Below are positions 1 to 9,674 of a stretch of 42,707 bases of DNA, piece after piece. The notes below the pieces were generated by a model, which ran no database searches, was not told where the DNA came from, and worked only from the letters and a program-made list of their open reading frames with translations. A program made the translations under genes and the position numbers. Positions within the stretch are counted from its first letter, which is position 1. Every line of letters starts with the position of its first letter. Where the stretch lies: the sequence record DRR723986_11617; one strand, written 5' to 3'.

Positions 1-609
1 GACGCCCTGACCAACAACGATGACAACACCGCCGATGGCAATGGTTTGTTAAACGACACCCTGGGCGGAAATGTTGACGCTATCGATAATGGCAACGATC
101 TCAACGGCAACAACAACCCCGCGCTAATTGGCTTGGTCGATGCCGACAGCCTGAACGGCGGCCAGTGTGCTGACGCCGATGCCGACGGTGTCTGCGACAG
201 CCGCGACAAATGTGCCGATACGCCAGCTGGCGCTGCCGTTCTGCCAAATGGCTGCCACCTCGACGACCTACAACCGCTGCGTCTGGAAGGCGTGTTCTTC
301 GAGTTTGATAAGGCAGTACTGACCCCAGAGTCGGTAGCAACACTCGATGCCGCGATCAAGGTCATCCAGGCTTCAGGCGCCGAGCGCCTGGAAGTTGCTG
401 GCCACACTGACAGCAAAGGCAGCGATGACTACAACATGGACTTGTCACACCGCCGCGCCGCTGCTGTGCAGCTGTATTTCATTGAACACGGTATTGAAAG
501 CGAGCGCTTACAGGCTCGTGGCTACGGTGAGAGTCAACCTACCAGCGACAACGACAGCGAAGAAGGTCGTGCACAAAATCGCCGCGTAGAACTCAAGGTT
601 TTGAATTGA
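1..609 (+). CDS. OmpA/MotB C-terminal domain protein with D/N-rich linker and TSP3-like Ca-binding repeat (5'-truncated by the window)
   Basis: Frame open from base 1 (DALTNNDDNTADGNGL...); DADADGVCDSRDKC repeat; OmpA_C motifs FEFDKAVL, VAGHTDSKG, NMDLSHRRA, GYGESQP, RAQNRRVE. Confidence 0.9.
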   Translation, partial: DALTNNDDNTADGNGLLNDTLGGNVDAIDNGNDLNGNNNPALIGLVDADSLNGGQCADADADGVCDSRDKCADTPAGAAVLPNGCHLDDLQPLRLEGVFFEFDKAVLTPESVATLDAAIKVIQASGAERLEVAGHTDSKGSDDYNMDLSHRRAAAVQLYFIEHGIESERLQARGYGESQPTSDNDSEEGRAQNRRVELKVLN

Positions 610-665
610 TAGCGCGTTCATCGCGCTACCCATAATTTGCTGAATACAGTTTAGGAGAAAATCAC

Positions 666-2351
666 ATGGCAATCGATCTGCCACCCGTAATGCCACCGGT
701 CAATGCCAGCGTTGCACAAGTGCAAGCGGCAAAAAGCGCGTCGGCTACCGTAGTAGAAGCTGACGTCAACGGGACCACTGTGCGTGTTTACGGCAATGAG
801 TACCTGAGTGATAGCGATCTGCGCGAGTTGTTGGCCAGCGCAAAAACCCCAGCAGAAGCTGTTATTGGCCTTGCGAAGCGCTACTACCAAGACGGCCACC
901 TGCTGATGAAAGTGGACTACGCACGCATGCTCGACAGCGTGGCGATCATAGTCAAGCAGCTGAAACTCAATGAAGTGACTGGCGCCGAAGAAATGCAGCC
1001 GTATTTCGCAGGCCTGAGTGGCGATGCAGACCTCAGCATTGCCGAGTTCCATCGCGCTAAAGTGCTTGCCGACCTGCGCTCTCGCCGCGCTGGCTACGAC
1101 TATGACATCAGCTATGTTGAACAGGGCGACGACGCTGTCGACATTCAACTGAGCCGCAAGGCGATCGAAAATCACGATGCCACCGAGATCATCGTCGAAG
1201 CCAACAACAAAGGCAGCCGCTTCCTTGGTCGCTACTTCGGCTTGGCTGGTGTTAAGCACAAGTTTGAGTCCGGCACCCAGGCCTCAGTCTCTTACCAAAC
1301 CGCCTTCACCGATTTGGGTGAATCGCGTGACGGCGAAGAGCTGAACCAAGTCAGCATCAGCGTTGACCACCCTTTTGCTAGCGGCCTCTACGGCATTGAT
1401 ATCAACTATGTTGACTATCTGCGCGAGCCAGAAGCGCGGGTAACCACGCCAGGCTCATGTTTGATCCCACTGCTCAACCTGGGGTGTACACCTGCCCAAA
1501 GTTCAATGGTGGGTATCGAACTGGACGCAGAGATCCTCCAGGCCAGCCTTCGCGGCGAGCAGGTGCTTTACAGCACGCCTTGGCAGCAATTCAGCCTGAC
1601 TGAGCGCATTGAGTTCATCGACTCAACCATCGACCAGGAAGGTCGCAACGAGAAGCTACTCGACGAAAATTACCAAGTTGTCGAGCTGGGTGGTCGCTAC
1701 ACGCTCAACCGCTTCCAGAGCGAGGAGCAAAACGCCGCCAGACTGAACGCGTCGCTGAAACTGCGTGCCGGCTTTGGTGACGGCGGCACCCTCGACCGCT
1801 ACGACGAATATCGCGCTGCCTACCAGCAGCAAAACCCCGGGCAGCCCGTGCCCGACATCGTAGCGCCTGCACGCACAGCAGAGTTCATTGCCCTGCTGCC
1901 CTCGCTTAGCTACGAACAGCGCATTACCGACGGCGTAACCATGAAAACCACCGCCCGAGGCCAGTTCGCTGACGAGCAGCTGCCACAGCAGCAACAGTTT
2001 GTGTTGGGTGGCATGGACAGCATGAGCGCGTATCTGCCAGGCGTCCTGATTGGTGATGAGGGTTACCACCTCAAGGTATCGCTGAACAAGGCTATTAAAG
2101 CCGCTGAAGGCCTGAAACTTACGCCTTCGCTGTTCGCCGAATACGGTGGCAGCTGGTACAACAATACCAACAGCGACTTTGGTGACGAGCAAGCGCTTGC
2201 CGATGCCGGTCTGCGTCTGAAGCTGGAATACGGCGACTTCCTTTACTCTGAGTTGGTTGCCGCCAAATCCATCTACGACGATGTGGTTAACGATGACTTT
2301 ATCGAAGAACTGGAAGCCGACTTCTACTGGCGCCTTCGTCTAACCTTCTAA
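666..2351 (+). CDS. ShlB/FhaC/HecB-like Omp85 outer-membrane transporter
   Basis: RBS AGGAGA at 653-658; POTRA-like N-terminal region; NNKGSRFLGRY at barrel start; ARGQFADEQLPQQQQFVLGG before the loop-6 motif position; ends in beta-strand WRLRLTF. Confidence 0.75.
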   Translation: MAIDLPPVMPPVNASVAQVQAAKSASATVVEADVNGTTVRVYGNEYLSDSDLRELLASAKTPAEAVIGLAKRYYQDGHLLMKVDYARMLDSVAIIVKQLKLNEVTGAEEMQPYFAGLSGDADLSIAEFHRAKVLADLRSRRAGYDYDISYVEQGDDAVDIQLSRKAIENHDATEIIVEANNKGSRFLGRYFGLAGVKHKFESGTQASVSYQTAFTDLGESRDGEELNQVSISVDHPFASGLYGIDINYVDYLREPEARVTTPGSCLIPLLNLGCTPAQSSMVGIELDAEILQASLRGEQVLYSTPWQQFSLTERIEFIDSTIDQEGRNEKLLDENYQVVELGGRYTLNRFQSEEQNAARLNASLKLRAGFGDGGTLDRYDEYRAAYQQQNPGQPVPDIVAPARTAEFIALLPSLSYEQRITDGVTMKTTARGQFADEQLPQQQQFVLGGMDSMSAYLPGVLIGDEGYHLKVSLNKAIKAAEGLKLTPSLFAEYGGSWYNNTNSDFGDEQALADAGLRLKLEYGDFLYSELVAAKSIYDDVVNDDFIEELEADFYWRLRLTF

Positions 2352-2361
2352 GATAGAAATA

Positions 2362-2381
2362 ACGCCCGGTTCGCCGGGCGT
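2362..2381 (+). terminator. GC-rich hairpin after the Omp85 gene
   Basis: ACGCCCGG-TTCG-CCGGGCGT, followed only by a weak T tract. Confidence 0.55.
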
Positions 2382-2386
2382 CTTAT

Positions 2387-2425
2387 TAAAAAACCACCGT
2401 CTGCCAAGCAGCCGGTGGTTTTTTA
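2387..2425. terminator. Bidirectional intrinsic terminator between convergent genes
   Basis: TAAAAAACCACCG-T-CTGC-CAA-GCAG-C-CGGTGGTTTTTTA. Confidence 0.8.
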
Positions 2426-3586
2426 TGGCGCATCCAAAATATAGCTACGCAGCGGCGGAATGCCGTTAAACTCCACCGAACTATAGCTGGTGGTGTAAGC
2501 GCCGGTAGACAACCAGTACAAGCGGTCACCTTCCTCAAGGTTTACGGGTAGCTGATAGCGATGATCCTCGTAAAGAATGTCCATACTGTCGCAGGTGGGC
2601 CCGGCAAGAATGACTTCATCCTCACCGTCACTGTCCACTTCCCACAACACGGGATACTGTATCGCCTCACCGAGGGCCTCAATAAGGCCACCAAATAAGC
2701 CAATATCCAGATACACCCACCGGTCGAGTGAATCGTGTGATTTATAGGACACCTGCACCACTTCGCTCACCAACACCCCCGCTTCTGCAACCAGAGAGCG
2801 ACCGGGCTCAATGATCACCTGAGGGGGCGAGTCACCAAAATCTTCCTCCAAGAAACGCGCAATGGCGCGACCGTAGGTCTGCAAGTCCTGCGAGCGCTGT
2901 TTGTAATTGGCGGGCATACCGCCGCCCATATTGACCATTTTTAGCGCAATCCCGGCCTCGCGGAGCTGGTCGAAAATAAAATGCACCTTCGCAATCGCTG
3001 CGTCCCAGCTACTAATATCCCGCTGCTGGCTCCCCACATGAAACGAAATGCCATAAGGCTCCAGGCCCAGCTCCCGCGCAAGTAGGATCAGTTCTATGGC
3101 CATATCGCGCTGGCAGCCAAATTTTCTCGACAAGGGCCAATCAGCGGTCTCCGAACCCTCGGTTAGCACCCGCAAACACACTCGACTGCCTGGCGCAAAT
3201 TTTGCTAGCTTACGAATGTCCGATTCACAGTCGCTGGCAAAGAGGCGCACGCCCTGCTCGTAAGCAAAGGCAATATCCGTGGCTTTTTTAATGGTGTTGC
3301 CGTAACTGATTCGGGCACTGTCGATATTTAAGCTGCGGAGTTTTTGCAACTCATAGATGGAGGCGATGTCAAAGTTCGCACCCAGCGCGTCCAGGCAGCG
3401 AATAATATCTGCATCGGGGTTAGCCTTGACGGCGTAGTAAATATCGGCAAACGGGAAAGCGCCCTCTAGTTCGGCGTACTTTTCCCGCAAGGTAGGCAGA
3501 TCGAAGATCAAACACGGCGTCGGCTTATCGCAGGAAAAACGCTGAATGCGCTGCCAAGTCGCAGCCGCCAGCAATTGTTGAGACAT
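2423..3586 (-). CDS. Fold-type III PLP-dependent ornithine/lysine decarboxylase
   Basis: YYAVKANP (PLP lysine), FDIASIYE, SFHVGSQ, NMGGG, EPGR, GPTCDSMD, GAYT. Confidence 0.9.
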   Translation of the reverse strand: MSQQLLAAATWQRIQRFSCDKPTPCLIFDLPTLREKYAELEGAFPFADIYYAVKANPDADIIRCLDALGANFDIASIYELQKLRSLNIDSARISYGNTIKKATDIAFAYEQGVRLFASDCESDIRKLAKFAPGSRVCLRVLTEGSETADWPLSRKFGCQRDMAIELILLARELGLEPYGISFHVGSQQRDISSWDAAIAKVHFIFDQLREAGIALKMVNMGGGMPANYKQRSQDLQTYGRAIARFLEEDFGDSPPQVIIEPGRSLVAEAGVLVSEVVQVSYKSHDSLDRWVYLDIGLFGGLIEALGEAIQYPVLWEVDSDGEDEVILAGPTCDSMDILYEDHRYQLPVNLEEGDRLYWLSTGAYTTSYSSVEFNGIPPLRSYILDAP

Positions 3587-3765
3587 GGCAGGTCGCCTCT
3601 CCAGAGTACACAGGGCGAAAAAACGCGCAGTCTAGCGCAAAGTGACGCAAGTTGCTCGGTTGTCATAACACTGCAATGCACAGCCGCCATGATTAGTCAC
3701 GCTGGAAACAGAAAGACAAAGAAAGGAAAGTAACGCAGCGAATAAGCGCTGCCAGGAGAACAAAA

Positions 3766-3948
3766 GTGAACAACCAGAATACTGAGATAGACGTTAAAAA
3801 CCTATGCAGCCGCAAGCTTTGGGAGCTGCTCAAAAATGCCGAGTGGCAGAATTCTAGCGAAAAATTTGCCATCGAGCAGGAGCTGTCCGGCCGTCGTCAC
3901 TATATTGATGAGCTGGAAACCCTTACCGCAAAAGAAACCAGGCATTAA
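3766..3948 (+). CDS. Small hypothetical protein (60 aa)
   Basis: RBS AGGAG shortly before GTG; fills an intergenic gap; 26-nt convergent overlap with the next gene. Confidence 0.55.
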   Translation: MNNQNTEIDVKNLCSRKLWELLKNAEWQNSSEKFAIEQELSGRRHYIDELETLTAKETRH

Positions 3949-4858
3949 GTACAACTAAATAGGGGATCAACCCCAATAGCAAGAAGGGCAGACTAGACGC
4001 CCAAAAGTTTAACTGCTCTTCACAGCTCTGATGTATCGCCAAACTTAATTGCGCCGGCACTTGCCGAGCATCCCCCGCCCCCGCTGCGGGCAATGCCACC
4101 CCCGCCAACGCGCCACTTCTCATGAGAGCGACAGAGAACTTTTCTCCCGCGCCCACCTCACTGGCAATGCGCTCATAGCGCGCTCTCACCGGGCTATCGG
4201 GCATACGGCGGGCCGCTTGCTTTAGCGCCTGCGCCAGCGGCATTCCCGCGGCAATACATTCACCCAAGTGATTCACGTAGTGATAACTTTGATAGCCGGC
4301 TAGCGCCCGGCCGATGCCCGGCAGCCGGTAACAAAAACGCTGCACACACGGCGACTCGCGGCGATGCCAAAGCGCTGCAGCAATAGCACACAACAGCCCC
4401 AACGGCGCCAAGCCAAACACTATTGCCACCAGCGCCTCACTCGGCTGCAGTTGACGCGATACCAACAACAGCAAGGGCACCAGCAAAATAAAGCCACCCA
4501 CCAACAGAAGCGGTAGGCGTGACGCGCGACGAAAGCGCTGCTGAAACTCGGTAAGCAATCGATAATGCTCGGCCAGGCGTCGATATACATTCGCCAAATT
4601 CCCGACAGCCAAGCCCAGCTGCATAAAGCGCAGCTCCCAATCCAGGAACAGCCCGCCACTGCGCAGCTCGTCTAATACCACCTGCTGACCACTGGCAAAC
4701 TTTTGTGCCAAGGCATCGAGCTGAGCGCGGTGCGCAGCCTGCTCGCCCTTGCTAAGCAGGGCAATTAGTTGATCCCAGTTATTATCACCTGACTGGCTGG
4801 CTGTGTGCAGCGACTGAAACAGCATAAAACGCTGCGCCGAGGAAGAGGCTGAGCCCAT
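3923..4858 (-). CDS. Type II secretion F / PilC-like inner-membrane protein
   Basis: Two T2SSF-like repeats (VGNLANVYRRLAEHY; IAAGMPLAQAL...VGAGEKFSVAL) flanking transmembrane segments; RLPGIG motif. Confidence 0.7.
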   Translation of the reverse strand: MGSASSSAQRFMLFQSLHTASQSGDNNWDQLIALLSKGEQAAHRAQLDALAQKFASGQQVVLDELRSGGLFLDWELRFMQLGLAVGNLANVYRRLAEHYRLLTEFQQRFRRASRLPLLLVGGFILLVPLLLLVSRQLQPSEALVAIVFGLAPLGLLCAIAAALWHRRESPCVQRFCYRLPGIGRALAGYQSYHYVNHLGECIAAGMPLAQALKQAARRMPDSPVRARYERIASEVGAGEKFSVALMRSGALAGVALPAAGAGDARQVPAQLSLAIHQSCEEQLNFWASSLPFLLLGLIPYLVVLNAWFLLR

Positions 4859-4982
4859 AGCATCCCATAATTATTGTGTTTGCAGCTGCGACGGTAGGGT
4901 TGCGGCCGAGAAAGCCCTATACTCTACCACAGCTTGTTTTTAATCGGCCCGCCCGCTGGCCAGCACTGCGAACGGAACCACA

Positions 4983-5465
4983 ATGATCATTCGTTTACTC
5001 ATCGCCGCCGCCATCCTCTATGCCCTGTACCGCTTTGTGAAGCTAGTGCAGAGCAAACCACCACAGCAACGGCGTTCCTACTACATCACCCTGCTAGTCA
5101 GTATGGCCGCCGCCGGCTTGATATTGCTTTCCATAACCGGTCGCGTCCACTGGCTGGCCGGGCTGGTTGGTGGCGCCATGCCCTTCGTGCGACAGTATGT
5201 GCTGCAGCATATCTATCATAAAATCAGCAACAAACCACAGGGTGAGGCAGAGGCAAACGCCACCACACCGCCACCCCAAATGGATATGGATGAGTCCCAA
5301 GCCCTGTCTATTTTGGGGCTGAAGGCAGGCGCTAGTGACGACGACATCATCGCCGCCCACCGCAGCCTAATGCAGAAGCTGCACCCCGACAGAGGCGGAA
5401 ACGACTACCTCGCCAGCCAACTGAATGCAGCCAAAGACGTCCTGCTTAATAAAAGAACGGGCTGA
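4983..5465 (+). CDS. Membrane protein with C-terminal J (DnaJ) domain
   Basis: N-terminal TM helices; ALSILGL...HRSLMQKLHPDRGG...LNAAKDVL with HPD motif. Confidence 0.9.
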   Translation: MIIRLLIAAAILYALYRFVKLVQSKPPQQRRSYYITLLVSMAAAGLILLSITGRVHWLAGLVGGAMPFVRQYVLQHIYHKISNKPQGEAEANATTPPPQMDMDESQALSILGLKAGASDDDIIAAHRSLMQKLHPDRGGNDYLASQLNAAKDVLLNKRTG

Positions 5466-5633
5466 GGAAAACGCTACCGAATTGTGCGACGCGGGCTCGC
5501 TCTTGCTCGTAGCAGCTACATAATCACTCACGCTCGGAAACCCCAGCCGGGCGGATGCGGCTCCCCAGCACTTGAGTCACCCCACCGCCGCGCTAAAATG
5601 GGGCCCTCCGACTTTGTATCTGTGGAACAGGCC

Positions 5634-5918
5634 ATGACCAACGTTTTCGTCATTCAAAATCAACACGGCCACTACCTGGGCAAACAGCAACAGTGGCTGG
5701 ACGGCCGAGACCGAAAACTGCTTTACCGAACCGAGCACCACGACGAGGCGATAAACACCGTCTTTGAATTAAGCAGCAAGGATATCTGGCTGCGCGCCAA
5801 TGCCCTGGCATGCCCGCTTGATGAGCACCGCCAGCCGGACGTTGAGCCCGGGCCAGCGATTCCCGATGACACCGAGGTGGACTCACCAGAAAGCGCGATA
5901 GTAGAGGGTGAAAACTAA
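5634..5918 (+). CDS. Hypothetical protein (start probably ATG 5634)
   Basis: MTNVFVIQNQHGHYLGKQ...; host-like codon usage; the extension to 5484 looks non-coding. Confidence 0.6.
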   Translation: MTNVFVIQNQHGHYLGKQQQWLDGRDRKLLYRTEHHDEAINTVFELSSKDIWLRANALACPLDEHRQPDVEPGPAIPDDTEVDSPESAIVEGEN

Positions 5919-5937
5919 ACGATAATTCATCCTGATA

Positions 5938-5966
5938 CTTGAAACCCAGAGCTCTCCCCCCCATCT
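5938..5966 (+). promoter_or_regulatory. Sigma32 (RpoH) heat-shock promoter of htpX
   Basis: CTTGAAA (5938-5944), 14-nt spacer, CCCCATCT (5959-5966), directly upstream of htpX. Confidence 0.85.
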
Positions 5967-6002
5967 AAACCAAGAGTTTTTAATTCGAGGGTCCACGCAA
6001 CC

Positions 6003-6890
6003 ATGATGCGCATTTTTCTCTTTCTTGCCACCAACATCGCTATTCTGGCCGTGGCGAGTATTTCGCTGAGTTTACTCGGTGTCGACAGCTACATGGCGTC
6101 GAACAATGTCGATCTCGACCTTCGCGCACTGCTGATTTTCTGTGCGGTATTCGGCATGAGTGGCTCACTGGTATCACTGCTCATCTCTAAGTGGATGGCC
6201 AAGCGCTCAACGCGCACGCAGGTAATAACACAGCCGCGCAACAGCGAAGAGCGCTGGCTGCTGGAAACCGTTGCCGAACTCTCCCAGAAAGCCGGCATCA
6301 ACATGCCAGAGGTAGGCATATTCCCCTCTCCGGCTGCCAATGCGTTCGCCACCGGCTGGAATAAAAATGCCGCGCTGGTGGCGGTTTCTGAAGGTCTGCT
6401 GCGACAAATGCGTCCCAATGAGGTTCGCGCTGTGCTGGCCCATGAAATCGGTCACGTTGCCAACGGCGACATGATCACCCTGAGCCTGATACAAGGGGTC
6501 GTAAACACTTTTGTGATGTTCTTTGCGCGGATTATTGGTCACACCGTCGACCGAGTGGTATTTAAAACCGAGCGCGGTCACGGCATCGGCTTTTACGTGG
6601 TCACCTTCATCACAGAAATGGTGTTGGGCATTCTGGCATCAACCATCGTCATGTGGTTCTCTCGCTGGCGCGAGTTCCGCGCCGACGCGGCGGGCGCTCA
6701 CCTGGCGGGCAGGCAAGATATGATTGCGGCCCTGCAACGCCTGCAGGCGCAACAGGGCTTGCCCAACGATATGCCCGATGAACTTACCGCGTTTGGCATC
6801 CGCACGGGCGCTAAAAAAGACTTTGCCGCCCTGTTCAGCTCCCACCCGCCGCTTGAGAAGCGTATCGAAGCGCTTCGCAACGGTAGCTAA
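6003..6890 (+). CDS. htpX: Membrane zinc metalloprotease HtpX (M48)
   Basis: [11 protein letters not shown] start, [36 protein letters not shown]. Confidence 0.97.
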   Translation: MMRIFLFLATNIAILAVASISLSLLGVDSYMASNNVDLDLRALLIFCAVFGMSGSLVSLLISKWMAKRSTRTQVITQPRNSEERWLLETVAELSQKAGINMPEVGIFPSPAANAFATGWNKNAALVAVSEGLLRQMRPNEVRAVLAHEIGHVANGDMITLSLIQGVVNTFVMFFARIIGHTVDRVVFKTERGHGIGFYVVTFITEMVLGILASTIVMWFSRWREFRADAAGAHLAGRQDMIAALQRLQAQQGLPNDMPDELTAFGIRTGAKKDFAALFSSHPPLEKRIEALRNGS

Positions 6891-6892
6891 CG

Positions 6893-7543
6893 GTGATTGC
6901 CGGCCACCGCGCCCTGTTAGATGCGCTCCATGAAATGGGTGCGGCGGGCCTGAGCCCAGGAGCATCGGGCAATATCTCTGTGCGGGTCGACGATGGGATG
7001 ATAATCAGTGCCAGCGGCGCTGTTGCCGGTAAGGCCACTGACAACGACATCGTGTTTGTTGCCGAACAAACCACCAGCCTTGTCGACTGGCCGGACGATC
7101 AGCCCCGCCCTTCCAGCGAATGGCAAATGCACCAGGCCCTGTATCGCAGCCACCCGCATATCAACGCCGTCGTGCACTGCCACTCCACCAACGCTACCGC
7201 GCTGGCCTGCATGCGCCGCCCGATTCCCGCCTTCCACTACATGGTCAGTGTTGCCGGCGGCGACGATATTCCGTGTTGCGACTACGCCTTGTTTGGCAGC
7301 GAGGCATTGTCGACAGCGGTTTGCCAAACGCTGGCGCATCGCCACGCTTGCCTGATGGCCAACCACGGGCAGATCTGTATCGCTGACGATGCCACTCGCG
7401 CCCTTGCCCTCGCCAAAGAAGTCGAGGCATTAGCAGCAAGCTATTTACTGTGCCTGCAAAGCGGTGAGCCCGTGCTGTTGAGCGACCAACAAATGGCCGA
7501 GGTCATGAACGCTTTTTCTCACTATGGCCAACGTCTGAAATAG
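6893..7543 (+). CDS. Class II aldolase/adducin family protein (FucA-like)
   Basis: SGNISVR, PSSEWQMH, VVHCHS, LMANHG. Confidence 0.9.
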   Translation: MIAGHRALLDALHEMGAAGLSPGASGNISVRVDDGMIISASGAVAGKATDNDIVFVAEQTTSLVDWPDDQPRPSSEWQMHQALYRSHPHINAVVHCHSTNATALACMRRPIPAFHYMVSVAGGDDIPCCDYALFGSEALSTAVCQTLAHRHACLMANHGQICIADDATRALALAKEVEALAASYLLCLQSGEPVLLSDQQMAEVMNAFSHYGQRLK

Positions 7544-7749
7544 TCGCAGGCTATTTTTAATCTGCCCTACTCCCACCCTTACATCGACTGTTGCACTGCT
7601 ATAAAACAGTGGTAAGCTCAGCCTCGGACGCACTAATAGCGTGCATACAATGCACCGTAACAAGGCGTTCATCTTTGATCAGTATAAACACAACAAGAAA
7701 TGTAACGGGCCAAACTGGTGCCGACAGTAAAACCAAAACGGGGAAAGAC

Positions 7750-8547
7750 ATGAGAAAAACGCTACTGGCTATCGCCATTTCAACTGCTGCTGCCGCAGCG
7801 AGCGCTGACTACCAACTGGAAGCGGGCGCTTTCTACGGTCAGGGTGAGTTAGGCGCAGGCAATGCGCAATCAGACTACGATTTAATGGGTGTTGCCGGCC
7901 GCTACAACTTCGAATCTGTCGACACTAGCAAAGGCCCTCACGCTGAAGCCGCGTTCCTGGATAAGAGCTCATCGGTTGGTTTTGGCTACATCAGCCGCGA
8001 GCCTGATGCGGCCGGTACCGACGACGTAGACAGCTTCGACTTCGATGTTCGTGTCGTTACAGATACCAACCTGATTATTGAAGCGGCCTACGAGGAGTCT
8101 GAAGCCGGTGACGACGAATCTGATACATTCGGCGTAGGTGTGGGTACCTATCTGAATGACACCACAGATATCGTTGTAAGCTACCAAGCTACCAACGACG
8201 ATAGCAACGGGGACGAAGATGCTGATCAACTCAATGTCGTCGTTCACGGTGTAAACCCACTGACTCAGGGCGCAACACTGGCCTATGACGCCGCTTTGTC
8301 TTACATTGACGGCGAAGACGACGATGGCCATGCACTCGCAGTTGGCGCGACTTACTACTTCAATAAAAACCTCGGTGTTGGTCTTTCCGCGGACCTGACG
8401 GAAGTAGGCGACGATAACACTGACACAGTGACCCTCGACGTAAGCTACTTCCCTCAGCCAAATATTGAGCTGATGGCTGCGTACTTTGACCAGGGCGGTG
8501 ACGAAGACATCGACGGCATTATGTTCGGCGCTGCAGTGCGTTTCTAA
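7750..8547 (+). CDS. Putative outer-membrane porin / beta-barrel
   Basis: ATG 7750 gives signal peptide MRKTLLAIAISTAAAAASA; KGPHAEAAFLDKSS motif; amphipathic strands; terminal Phe. Confidence 0.8.
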   Translation: MRKTLLAIAISTAAAAASADYQLEAGAFYGQGELGAGNAQSDYDLMGVAGRYNFESVDTSKGPHAEAAFLDKSSSVGFGYISREPDAAGTDDVDSFDFDVRVVTDTNLIIEAAYEESEAGDDESDTFGVGVGTYLNDTTDIVVSYQATNDDSNGDEDADQLNVVVHGVNPLTQGATLAYDAALSYIDGEDDDGHALAVGATYYFNKNLGVGLSADLTEVGDDNTDTVTLDVSYFPQPNIELMAAYFDQGGDEDIDGIMFGAAVRF

Positions 8548-8561
8548 ACGCTAGCGCAACG

Positions 8562-8592
8562 AAAAAGGGCTGCTCTCGGGCAGCCCTTTTTT
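8562..8592. terminator. Bidirectional intrinsic terminator
   Basis: AAAAAGGGCTGC-TCTCGG-GCAGCCCTTTTTT between convergent genes. Confidence 0.9.
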
Positions 8593-8606
8593 ATGCCGAT
8601 AAAAAC

Positions 8607-9674
8607 CTATTCCGTTATCCGATTTGGGTAATCGATATAACCTGCGGGCCCCGGCGTATATAGCGTTTTAGGGTCAATATTGGCCAACCTCCCTCCCATC
8701 GCCAAACACCGCGGTAAGTCAGGGTTGGCAATAAATGCCCGACCAAACGATACCGCTGCGATCTGCGAATCGCCACACAAGGCGCCCTCGGCTTCGTCAG
8801 CGGTATAGCTGTCGTTAACGATCAATGGACCGGAGAAATTCTCTTTGGCCAACGCAATGTGATCGCCAATCTTGGGCATGCGAATCACATGCAGGTAGGC
8901 CAGACCGATCGCGTCCACCGCTTTTAACAGCGCCGCAAACGTCTGCTGGTAATCCTCATCGTGTAAGTCGTTAAAGGGGTTCCCCGGGCAGATTCGCATA
9001 CCGACCTTTGATGCCCCGTCGACCTCCGCCATCGCCTCGAGCACTTCCAGTACAAACCGCAAACGATTAGCCAAGGTGCCACCGTAGTCATCGCCACGCT
9101 GATTGGTGCCTGTGGAGAGAAACTGCGCGGGCAGATAACCGCTGGTGCAATGCAGCTCCACACCGTCAAAACCTGCCGCATAGGCGCGCTGTGTCGCCGA
9201 CGCATAATCGTTAATCGTACGCCGGATATCCGCGCGACTCATCTCCTCGGGCACAGGGAAATCCTGCATACCTTGCTCGGTATATATCTGCCCTTTTGCG
9301 GCAATGGCCGATGGCGCCAAGGTACGCACACCCGGTGCTTTATTGTCCGGGTGAGCCACGCGACCACAGTGCATTAATTGCAGAACAATTTTACCGCCCT
9401 CGCCGTGCACTGCCTCGCAAATCTCGGCCCACGCGGCCTGCTGCGCGTCAGTGTATATTCCTGGGGTTCGGCAGTAGCCTTTACCCTCTGCGCTGGGGTG
9501 GGTACCCTCGGTGATAATCAAACCCGCTGTGGCGCGTTGGCGGTAGTATTCGCGCATCAGGTCATTGGGCATGTCACCACTCTCATCGGCGCGCGAGCGC
9601 GTCATGGGCGCCATCACAACACGGTTGCTGAGCGCTAAACCGCCCAGTTGCACCTCGCTTAATAACTTCATCAT
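8607..9674 (-). CDS. Old Yellow Enzyme / alkene reductase (NemA-like)
   Basis: NRVVMAPMTRSRA, YYRQRA, QLMHCGR, GFDGVELH, YGGTLANRLRF, FGRAFIANPDLP. Confidence 0.92.
   Translation of the reverse strand: MMKLLSEVQLGGLALSNRVVMAPMTRSRADESGDMPNDLMREYYRQRATAGLIITEGTHPSAEGKGYCRTPGIYTDAQQAAWAEICEAVHGEGGKIVLQLMHCGRVAHPDNKAPGVRTLAPSAIAAKGQIYTEQGMQDFPVPEEMSRADIRRTINDYASATQRAYAAGFDGVELHCTSGYLPAQFLSTGTNQRGDDYGGTLANRLRFVLEVLEAMAEVDGASKVGMRICPGNPFNDLHDEDYQQTFAALLKAVDAIGLAYLHVIRMPKIGDHIALAKENFSGPLIVNDSYTADEAEGALCGDSQIAAVSFGRAFIANPDLPRCLAMGGRLANIDPKTLYTPGPAGYIDYPNRITE

Noticed and set aside
1-200. AAC/GAC-rich low-complexity stretch as a DNA tandem repeat
   Set aside because: It is explained by Asn/Asp-rich coding sequence; there is no fixed repeat unit.
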